The notes beneath the pieces were generated by a model, which did not search any database, was not told the origin of the DNA, and saw only the letters and a program-made list of their open reading frames with translations. From positions 1 to 50,703 of IMG/VR virus record IMGVR_UViG_3300043399_001247: a stretch of 50,703 nucleotides of DNA; one strand, 5' to 3'. Positions 43,731 to 50,703 of the stretch are shown piece after piece. Each line of letters starts with the position of its first letter. Within the stretch, counting starts at the first letter, position 1. This DNA comes from a virus. Taxonomy: Duplodnaviria; Caudoviricetes. Position numbers and translations under genes: made by a program.

Positions 43731-44627
43731 TCACTTCCTTTCCGAGCGCTCGGCTTCCCACAGGCGCTCGGAAAGCTCGTCGTACGCAGCGCGGTCTTCT
43801 GGCGTAGCCATCCTTGGCCAGCCTTGCTTGCCATAGGGCGCTGTGAGAGCGTTGATCTGCTTGCGCAACGCGGCAGACGGGCTCACAGCCGTTGGAGCGG
43901 GCGGAGCTTGTTCGCTGCCGAAGAGACGCTGATATGTCGTTTCGAACTCTTCCGCTTTTGGAGCGAGCTCATTTTCTTCAACGACAGCGTTCAGCCAGCC
44001 TCGGAAGTTTTCCGGTGTCGGTTCAGAAAACCAAGTGAACTCCGGAGGCGCAGCGCGCATGATCAACTCTGGCGGCAGGTCCTGCGTGGCGCCCTTCAGA
44101 GCGTCCAACAGCTCTTCCGTGTATTCAGAGTCTTGATCCGCGTTCTTGCCCGCCTTGCGCGCAAGGCTGTCGAAATAACGCGCGTCTTCCGGCGACATCA
44201 CAGTTTTGAGCTGCGGGCGCAAATTGCGCCAAAATGCAGCCGCGCCGATGCCTCGACCGCCAATCTCGTCTGCGCTCTCTTCGAACGACCACCACAAGGC
44301 GTCGCGCGTTGCGTGGTCCAGGTCGGTGAGCTTCGGGATTGGAGCGGCCTTCTTGACTGCAGAGCGGACAGCCTGCTTGGCGACCGTGGGGGCGACGGCC
44401 TTGGCCAACGCGCCGAGCGGGCTGACGTCGGTGGCTGCGCCGAAGGCCTGAGCGCCTGCACGCTTGAGCATCTCGCGACGCGTGAGCTCCAGCGGCGCTG
44501 CGGGTTGCTGAGGCAAGACGGCGGGGAGCTGCTCGCCAACGTTGAGCGTTGGGTCGACGAGCTTTGGCGCCTTGGCTTCTTGCCCGGCCTTGAGCATGGA
44601 CCGCAATGCTTTCAAAGGGCCTGCCAT
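43731..44627 (-). CDS. Hypothetical protein
   Basis: GGAG SD; 298-aa ORF in the late operon. Confidence 0.6.
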   Translation of the reverse strand: MAGPLKALRSMLKAGQEAKAPKLVDPTLNVGEQLPAVLPQQPAAPLELTRREMLKRAGAQAFGAATDVSPLGALAKAVAPTVAKQAVRSAVKKAAPIPKLTDLDHATRDALWWSFEESADEIGGRGIGAAAFWRNLRPQLKTVMSPEDARYFDSLARKAGKNADQDSEYTEELLDALKGATQDLPPELIMRAAPPEFTWFSEPTPENFRGWLNAVVEENELAPKAEEFETTYQRLFGSEQAPPAPTAVSPSAALRKQINALTAPYGKQGWPRMATPEDRAAYDELSERLWEAERSERK

Positions 44628-44648
44628 GACGCGCTCCGTGAGTTTTGT

Positions 44649-46226
44649 TCAGGCTGCATAAGGGTTCACTCGCTCCTTGCGATATTGTTTGGGCTCCTCG
44701 ATCTCACGCGCCTGGGGCAGCTTGAACCAGCCCTCGTCTTTGAGGTAGATTATCGCCTGGGTGAACGTGTCTACGTAGTCGTCGTGTTCAGCGACTGGGA
44801 ACTTCGACAGTTGACGCATAAATGCCGAGGCCCACGTGACCGGCTGCCCGGGGTTCTTGCCGCTCTCGGGGACCCACAACACTCCGAGCTCGAGTGTCGG
44901 AGCGGCCTGATGCGCGCGGCTGACCTTGTCGGCGTTGCCGGGGTTGTAGCCGAGGACGGGCACGCGCGCTTGCCGCAGGTCCTGGATCAGGGACTGGCCC
45001 GAGGCCTTGGCTTCCACCAAGATGCGGTCGGGGCGCTTGGCGCGAGTGATCTGGCCCTTCTGAGCGCCCGTCGTGCCGCCATACTCGGTGGTCCAGTCGT
45101 TGATCACCTTCTTGCGCAGCTCGGGGTACGACAAGTGTTCGTCCCACGCGTCCAGCAGCATCGCGTGGCGCTCGCCCTCGAACGAGAACACGCCGTAGAC
45201 CGTGCACGCGGTCGGGTCGCCGGTCGTCTTCTCAGTGAACGCGCAGTCGTAGCTCTGCAACACAAACTCGAACTGCGGCAGCGTCTTGGCGGCGGGCCAG
45301 AGCCGGAAGTGCTTGGTCTTCAGCATCCCGCCCTCGGCGGGCGTCGGGTCTTGCTGCAGCTGGCCCGAGGCGCCATACGCGCCCAGGAGCTGCTTGAGCC
45401 GCGTGATCTCCTCGGGGCCGAAGCGGTCCGGACAGATCAGCTCGCCCTTCTTCTTGCGCGGGTCGTACGGCCCCAGGAACGTCTTGCGTTGCATGCCGTC
45501 CCATTCGGCCGGAATGCAGATGTGTTCCCAACCACCGATGTCCTCGATGATGTGGCCGCTGACGTCCTTCTGGTGCAGGCGCTGCATGACCGTCACCATG
45601 CAGTCGGCCTTGGGGTTGTTCAGGCGGGTGGACCACACTTGGTCGAACCACTCCAGCGTCGACTCACGCATGGCGTCCGACTGCGCGTCTTGCGCGCCGT
45701 GCGGGTCGTCGAGGATCAACCGCGAGCCGCCCTCGCCGGTCGCCGTGCCGCCCACGGAGGTCGCGATGCGGTAGCCGGTCTTGTCGTTTTCGAAGCGCTG
45801 CTTGGCGTTCTGGTCGCCGCTCAGCGCGAACAGGTGGCCCCAGCGCTCTTGGTACCAGTTGCTCTCGATGAGCCGCCGGGACTTCAAGTTGTCGCGCGTG
45901 CTGAGCGTGCCGCTGTAGCTGGCCGCCAAGAACTTCTGTTCCGGCGACGTGAGCCACTCCCACATCGGCCATGCGACCGAGACGATCGTCGACTTGGAGT
46001 GGCGCGGCGGAATGTTGATCAGCAGCCGCTGGATCTCTCCGGCGCTGACGGCTTCCAAGTGTTCGCAGATCACCTCAATGTGCCAGCTGGGCACGAACGC
46101 CACGCCGGGCTCCATCACGTGCCACGCCTGCTTCACGAACTCGTACAAGCTCGCCGAGGCCGCGCGACGCTGCTGCTCGCGCTGGATCATGTCCAGCAGC
46201 ACGGCGGGGCTGAGCGGGGCGTTCAT
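44649..46226 (-). CDS. terL: Terminase large subunit
   Basis: INIPPRHSKS, LILDDPH, MQRLH, QSYDCA, VEAKASG, FP..EHDDYVD. Confidence 0.95.
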   Translation of the reverse strand: MNAPLSPAVLLDMIQREQQRRAASASLYEFVKQAWHVMEPGVAFVPSWHIEVICEHLEAVSAGEIQRLLINIPPRHSKSTIVSVAWPMWEWLTSPEQKFLAASYSGTLSTRDNLKSRRLIESNWYQERWGHLFALSGDQNAKQRFENDKTGYRIATSVGGTATGEGGSRLILDDPHGAQDAQSDAMRESTLEWFDQVWSTRLNNPKADCMVTVMQRLHQKDVSGHIIEDIGGWEHICIPAEWDGMQRKTFLGPYDPRKKKGELICPDRFGPEEITRLKQLLGAYGASGQLQQDPTPAEGGMLKTKHFRLWPAAKTLPQFEFVLQSYDCAFTEKTTGDPTACTVYGVFSFEGERHAMLLDAWDEHLSYPELRKKVINDWTTEYGGTTGAQKGQITRAKRPDRILVEAKASGQSLIQDLRQARVPVLGYNPGNADKVSRAHQAAPTLELGVLWVPESGKNPGQPVTWASAFMRQLSKFPVAEHDDYVDTFTQAIIYLKDEGWFKLPQAREIEEPKQYRKERVNPYAA

Positions 46227-46408
46227 TGCAGCGCCCGGCCTTCCTCGTATGATTCACGCCCGTCGAGCGCGTTGTGCAGGTGAATGTCCGTGCCCGGCGG
46301 GCAATCATCGGCGAGCGTCGGGCCGCACCAGCAATCGACAGAACACTCGTGCTCCCGCAGGTCGTTCAGCGGAACGATGTGGATGTGTTCCATCGGGTAC
46401 AGGCGCAT
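46223..46408 (-). CDS. Small His/Cys-rich hypothetical protein
   Basis: HIVPLNDLREH...CWCGP...HNALDGRE; coupled to terL. Confidence 0.6.
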   Translation of the reverse strand: MRLYPMEHIHIVPLNDLREHECSVDCWCGPTLADDCPPGTDIHLHNALDGRESYEEGRALQ

Positions 46409-46410
46409 CG

Positions 46411-46728
46411 TCAGCTCGCTTGCTTCTTGACGAGCGCCATCGCGTCGCCCCTGCGGTGCTGGGCTTCTTCCACGGCGCGCGTGTCCTCCAACACCTCCCG
46501 GCTGACGAGCACCAAGTCGTGCAGTCGCAGGTGCTCGTCGATCACGTTGCCGTCGAGCCGGGAGAACAGGAGCCAGGGCCGCATGTGCAACCGGATGCGC
46601 ATCCGACGCACCGTGAGCTCGTGGCGTGGCGCGTCGTACCACGCCCAAATGAACACGACCCCGCCGCGTGAGCGGTGGACGTTGAGCCCGATATGGAACG
46701 GGGCACCTTCAGTGATGATGTGAATCAT
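46411..46728 (-). CDS. Hypothetical protein
   Basis: ATGA overlap with the terS stop. Confidence 0.5.
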   Translation of the reverse strand: MIHIITEGAPFHIGLNVHRSRGGVVFIWAWYDAPRHELTVRRMRIRLHMRPWLLFSRLDGNVIDEHLRLHDLVLVSREVLEDTRAVEEAQHRRGDAMALVKKQAS

Positions 46729-47147
46729 GATCCGCTCGCCGCCTTCGCCATCAGGGATTGCATCTGCTTGAGCTCCGCGTCGCTGAGCCCCTTCATGTCG
46801 ATCGCCGCCAGCGTGAGCGGGCCGCCACCTGCGCCCGTCATCTCCGTGCGCGCGAGCTTGGGCACGTGGTACTCGACCACGTCCTTGAGCATGTTGTACG
46901 CCTTCTCCGGGTTGGGCGCGACGAGCCAAAGCGGCTCCCCGTCGTCGTCGTAGCGTTGGTTGCCGTCCGCGTCGCAGCGGGGCACGCCCTTGGCCACGGC
47001 GTCCAGCCACTCCTGCATCCGCCCAGCGTTGTCGTCGACGAACGCCGCGATGGCCTCGCGGGCCGCTCGCGTGGCCTTGTTGGGTATTCCAGCGGGCCGC
47101 CCGCCAGTCCCAGGCTTGCGACCGCTGCGGCCTGCAACTCCTGCCAT
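46725..47147 (-). CDS. terS: Putative terminase small subunit
   Basis: GGRPAGIPNKAT, PKLARTEMTG..GGP, LSDAEL; GGAGG SD; first late gene. Confidence 0.7.
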   Translation of the reverse strand: MAGVAGRSGRKPGTGGRPAGIPNKATRAAREAIAAFVDDNAGRMQEWLDAVAKGVPRCDADGNQRYDDDGEPLWLVAPNPEKAYNMLKDVVEYHVPKLARTEMTGAGGGPLTLAAIDMKGLSDAELKQMQSLMAKAASGS

Positions 47148-47203
47148 GTTTCAACCTCCAGATTCTTTAAAAAATGCTTCGTCCAGCATTCTGCTGTTTG
47201 CGC

Positions 47204-47232
47204 ATTATCGCGCCGCTCGTCTTTCCACGCAA
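47204..47232 (-). promoter_or_regulatory. Sigma70-like promoter TTGCGT-N17-GATAAT
   Basis: 17-nt spacer; upstream of terS. Confidence 0.6.
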
Positions 47233-47298
47233 CGCCGCACTCGTCTCGAAAGCGCCGCCACGTCTTGCCGCGCTCGATTCTTTTCTCTCGCCGCGCGT

Positions 47299-47475
47299 CC
47301 TGAGACGCCCGAGTTCCCGACTTATCCTATTCTTCTCTCCTACGTAATTTAAATAGAATTTAATTCGTTTGGATCAAACAATTACTATCTTGGGTTTTTT
47401 GGGTTTTTTCCCACATCTCGGGATCAAGAACCCGAGATGCCCGAGACGGAAATTATCGCGGCACCGATCACGAGA
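47299..47475. other. Candidate replication origin
   Basis: AT-rich core flanked by repeated CCCGAG(A)-like motifs, just downstream of the helicase gene. Confidence 0.45.
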
Positions 47476-47484
47476 TATTCCTCG

Positions 47485-48999
47485 TCACCCCTTTTTCGCG
47501 GCGATGGAGACGACCTTGTCGCCTTCCGAGCGGGCAAGAATCGCTTCTCCGTGCGCACGGACCAAGCCATGCGCGGCGTCCCGATCGGCCGCCAACGCCG
47601 CCTTCACGAACGCGTAGCGGGAGCGGAGCACCTTGCTGTCCTTGCGGAAAGTCCACCGCTCTCCGGTGCTCTCCGACGTGCGGGGGTGGGGCACCTGCAC
47701 GTACCCCGCCTTCGTCATCCGGTGGGCAATCTTCCTCGGCGACTTCAGCATATTGGCCACCTCCTCGTGGTGGTCGAACTGAGGATTGACGAGCTCTTGG
47801 CCGAGCACCACGTCCGGGTTGCCCAGGTGGTCCAGGACCCACGCGACCGCGTCCTCAGGCTCTCCCCACGACGCGGCCACCGCGCCCCACCCTGCGGTGC
47901 GTTGCACCTGCGCCTTGGGGTCGAACGCGGAGAGGTCTCTCCCGGCGAGCCAAGCCGCCACGTGCCCCATGCCGCCGCCTTCGAACCAAGCGAAGAGCTC
48001 GTTGAAGTACTTGGGCCGCCCTTCGGCTTCGTGCCACTTTTGCGGCAGGGGCGAGTGCATGATGAACATGCGGCGGTCTTCGGGCGGAATGTACATGCTC
48101 ATCCAGTCGTTGGTGGTGATGAACACGCGGAGCCGGTTGATGATGTGGCGGAGCTTTGCGTACTTGTCGTTGAGTGGGAGTGTGTCGGGCGGCGCCACGA
48201 TCATTGGCTTCAGAATGTTGTAGGCCGTGCTCGCGTGGTGTTCGTCCTTGGTCGGGCGCACCTCGTCCACCACGAGCATGAGTGTCTCGAGCCAGGGCTT
48301 GTACGGGCTGAAGAGTTCGTCCGGGTCGATGTTCTTGGAGTTCCAGTTGCCGACCGCAGCCTTCACGGGCATGAGCGCGGCGTCCTTGCCGATGCCTTGC
48401 GTTCCGCTCAAGACGATCGCGGCGTTGCACTTCACTTCCGGCTCCTGGACCATGTGGGCGCAGAAGTCGAAGAAGAACTCATGCTCCTGCGGGTCGGGCC
48501 AGAGCTTCTTCACGTGCTCGACCCAAGGCCCTGCCTGAGCCGGATCTCCCTGGAGCTCTGGCGGCGGCAAGTACTTGTTGTAGATGCGCCGCCCAACAGC
48601 CGCGCGCCACCCGGCCGCATCGATGAAGATGTCACGAATGATCTGGTCCTCGCCGGGCCACCACGTGCTCCCCTCGACAAACTGGTCGTTCTCGACGCGC
48701 ATGATGTCGCGTGACGGAGGGATGAGGCGCTCTCGACGCCGCCGAGGCCTTCCTCGGGGGCGTCGACCTTCGGCCGCAGGGGCTTCTTCGTCCCCCTCTT
48801 CAACCTCCACCCGCCAAAGCTCAATCGGGATCGAAGCGTCCACCGCTTTTTCCGAATGTTGCGTGCCGTCGCGCAGGTCCCAGAAGGCTTCTTGCGCCTT
48901 GTCGAACACGTAGTCCTCGGGCCGCGCGAGCCGCCGCGAGCGTTGCACCGCCGCGACCAACGCTGCCTCACGCGCGGCTGTTCTTTCGTCAATGTCCAC
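47485..48999 (-). CDS. SF3 helicase (DUF5906/NrS-1-like primase-associated helicase)
   Basis: GTQGIGKD Walker A, VVDEV Walker B, ITTN, EDRR. Confidence 0.85.
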   Translation of the reverse strand: MDIDERTAAREAALVAAVQRSRRLARPEDYVFDKAQEAFWDLRDGTQHSEKAVDASIPIELWRVEVEEGDEEAPAAEGRRPRGRPRRRRERLIPPSRDIMRVENDQFVEGSTWWPGEDQIIRDIFIDAAGWRAAVGRRIYNKYLPPPELQGDPAQAGPWVEHVKKLWPDPQEHEFFFDFCAHMVQEPEVKCNAAIVLSGTQGIGKDAALMPVKAAVGNWNSKNIDPDELFSPYKPWLETLMLVVDEVRPTKDEHHASTAYNILKPMIVAPPDTLPLNDKYAKLRHIINRLRVFITTNDWMSMYIPPEDRRMFIMHSPLPQKWHEAEGRPKYFNELFAWFEGGGMGHVAAWLAGRDLSAFDPKAQVQRTAGWGAVAASWGEPEDAVAWVLDHLGNPDVVLGQELVNPQFDHHEEVANMLKSPRKIAHRMTKAGYVQVPHPRTSESTGERWTFRKDSKVLRSRYAFVKAALAADRDAAHGLVRAHGEAILARSEGDKVVSIAAKKG

Positions 49000-49002
49000 C
49001 GT

Positions 49003-49218
49003 TCAACTCCTCGGTTGTTCTTTCTTGCGTAACTCACAATCGTCGCCTTGGTTGCACTCCTGGGTGCAAGGCGGGCACCTGCGCATGAGTTCGAACATGG
49101 ATTCCTCTTCCGGCTCTGGCTCGGTGCCGACGTAGCAGGCGGCCAGCCAAGTCACCCAAGCGCCAATCACCCCTCCGCACACGAACCCCAGCGCGAACAC
49201 GACCCCGCCGCCGGTCAT
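49003..49218 (-). CDS. Small membrane protein with CPPC..CNQG..C tail
   Basis: GGAGG SD, hydrophobic N-terminus, Cys motif. Confidence 0.5.
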   Translation of the reverse strand: MTGGGVVFALGFVCGGVIGAWVTWLAACYVGTEPEPEEESMFELMRRCPPCTQECNQGDDCELRKKEQPRS

Positions 49219-49391
49219 GCTTGCACCTCCCGCAGGCAGCGCTCGACGGCCTTTTCCGCCGCACGGATCTCGCGCATGTAGGCCAGGCACTTTTTGTCCT
49301 CGCTCACGCCCGCAGCGACGAGCGCGGCGGCTTGCAGGAAGCGCAAGTCCAGCAACAACTTCTTGAGCAGCAGCAACTCTCCGTGTTTCAT
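49215..49391 (-). CDS. Hypothetical protein (58 aa, absent from the ORF track)
   Basis: MKHGELLLL...; ATGA overlaps at both ends. Confidence 0.55.
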   Translation of the reverse strand: MKHGELLLLKKLLLDLRFLQAAALVAAGVSEDKKCLAYMREIRAAEKAVERCLREVQA

Positions 49392-49624
49392 TCCTTCTCT
49401 CCCCTCGCGCCGACAAGGCGCTTCTCAATCTGCCATTCCAGCTCGGCCAGCAAGTCCTCCGTGGTGTCACCGTGGCCGGTAGCGAAGCCGCGGCCGATCA
49501 TCCATGAGGCCAGCTTCTCGCGCTCGGCTGCGGCGAAGCGTTCAATCGCATCACCAGTCAGTTCGTCGCTATTGCCAAACTCACTAGCCTCCCGCGCCAT
49601 GCGGATGATGTCACCGCGTTTCAT
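49388..49624 (-). CDS. Hypothetical phage protein
   Basis: DIIRMAREA, FATGHGDTTEDLL motifs; GGAGG SD. Confidence 0.7.
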   Translation of the reverse strand: MKRGDIIRMAREASEFGNSDELTGDAIERFAAAEREKLASWMIGRGFATGHGDTTEDLLAELEWQIEKRLVGARGEKE

Positions 49625-49850
49625 AGTAGCCCTCCTTGAGCATCACAGCATCTTGGTAGTCATGTTTAAACCATTTCCACATCTCGGCGCGTTCTTCCTT
49701 GGCTTCGGCCCAGCGGAATAGGTACTCCCAGCTTGTCCTGTCGTCTTGCATTTCGTGAAACCTCTCGGCGTTCAGGCGGCAATGCACCATGACTGTGTTG
49801 AGGGACAAGTAGTCCAGCAGCGCCTTGAGTTTGTCTTTGTGTGTTTTCAT
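49611..49850 (-). CDS. Hypothetical protein
   Basis: Coupled ORF. Confidence 0.55.
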   Translation of the reverse strand: MKTHKDKLKALLDYLSLNTVMVHCRLNAERFHEMQDDRTSWEYLFRWAEAKEERAEMWKWFKHDYQDAVMLKEGYYETR

Positions 49851-50101
49851 TTCAAAAACCTCACGATCTGCTCGTACACGCCGTTGCGGGCGCTGTTGTC
49901 AGCTTCATACTTGTTCCACCCTGCGTAGCGCATCTCTGTCTCTGCTCGGCGCAGCAGGTCAAACGCTCGGTCAGAGTCTTTCACGATTGCATCTATCTCA
50001 GTCTGGTGCGACTGCTTGAGCGCTTTGGTCAGCGGGCTGTCCAGCCAAGCGTGATAGTCGGCGGTCGATAGCTTTTGGTGCATGTTGTGGTCTCCACTCA
50101 T
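49847..50101 (-). CDS. Hypothetical protein
   Basis: ATGA overlaps; start MSGDHNM. Confidence 0.55.
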   Translation of the reverse strand: MSGDHNMHQKLSTADYHAWLDSPLTKALKQSHQTEIDAIVKDSDRAFDLLRRAETEMRYAGWNKYEADNSARNGVYEQIVRFLK

Positions 50102-50556
50102 TCCCCACCCCCGATCCCGTGCTTGCGCTCGATGGCGCGGCAAAGCTCTCGCACATAAACACCGAGCGGCTTGCCCTTCTCTCTAGTGCGGCAGTAAACG
50201 CGGTTTTCGATCTTGTCGAACTCTTCCTCCGTCAGCGGCTGGCGCTGGGGCGGGGCGGTGTAGAGGGGCGCTTCAATTCCAAAGGTGGCTGGCTGTGTGT
50301 GAAGAACAACAGCGCGGCGGCCTTCACGTTTCAGGATATCAAGGTCGCCATTGATGATCCACGCCACCGGCTCCTGCTTCTCGGCCTGCTCAATGGCAAC
50401 GCGAAGAACAGTGGTGTGCTTGTCGATGGCCTCGTGCATGGCGCGCTCAAAGCGAGCATCTTCCTGCGTGTAGCAGCCAAAGCCCTTCTTCGCTTGCGTC
50501 CCACCGAGCAGCCGTGCGGCCTCCAGCGCCTGCTTCATTGCGTCGATCGGGTTCAT
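50098..50556 (-). CDS. Hypothetical phage protein (QEPVAW...PLYTAP family)
   Basis: AMKQALEA, QEPVAW, PLYTAPPQRQPLTEEE, RAIERKHGI; AGGAG SD. Confidence 0.7.
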   Translation of the reverse strand: MNPIDAMKQALEAARLLGGTQAKKGFGCYTQEDARFERAMHEAIDKHTTVLRVAIEQAEKQEPVAWIINGDLDILKREGRRAVVLHTQPATFGIEAPLYTAPPQRQPLTEEEFDKIENRVYCRTREKGKPLGVYVRELCRAIERKHGIGGGE

Positions 50557-50703
50557 GCGTTCTTCTCCTGGAGCGCGGCTTCGACTGTGCGGTAGATGTC
50601 CTTGATGGAAAATGTGCCGAGGAGCTGAACCTTGAGTTGGTTGTGCAGCGCTTCGATCTCCCCGTCCGTCAACTCGACCCAAGGCCTCCGCTCGTAGACC
50701 GGG
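50553..50703 (-). CDS. Partial hypothetical protein truncated by the window edge
   Basis: ...RPWVELTDGEI...VEAALQEKNA stop, coupled to next gene. Confidence 0.55.
   Translation of the reverse strand, partial: PVYERRPWVELTDGEIEALHNQLKVQLLGTFSIKDIYRTVEAALQEKNA

Noticed and set aside
44455-44490. Twin-arginine-like TRREMLK in ORF 43731-44627
   Set aside because: About 50 aa from the start with a weak hydrophobic region; not supportable as a Tat signal
1-50703. CRISPR array, integrase/att site, IS element
   Set aside because: No spaced repeats, recombinase or transposase motifs seen

Overview
This window is a large part of a GC-rich tailed dsDNA phage genome with podovirus-like architecture (no tape measure or sheath; large Gly/Ala-rich ejection-type proteins), probably infecting a Proteobacterium. 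1-12.4 kb (+) is a nucleotide-metabolism and replication arm: Nmad-like protein, SDR oxidoreductase, gp49/66-family protein, VOC/glyoxalase, GIY-YIG endonuclease, DEDDh exonuclease, DnaE-type polymerase, nuclease, SNF2 helicase, SSB-like protein. 12.4-47.1 kb (-) is the late arm: terminases, portal, GroES, a DUF2829/Tad2-like protein, scaffold, capsid, adaptors, fibres, lysis and ejection genes. It contains a complete BPP-1-type diversity-generating retroelement (mtd-like target with VR, avd, TR, RT); all 10 TR/VR mismatches fall at TR adenines. 47.1-50.7 kb holds a candidate origin, an SF3 helicase and small genes (-). The less explained signals are a possible nucleotide-modification module beside a divergent DnaE, a recurrent A-x-G-G peptide motif in unrelated late proteins, two candidate structured RNAs, and repeated late promoter/leader elements. 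No integrase, repressor, tRNA or CRISPR array was seen. Family assignments come from recalled motifs, not database searches.
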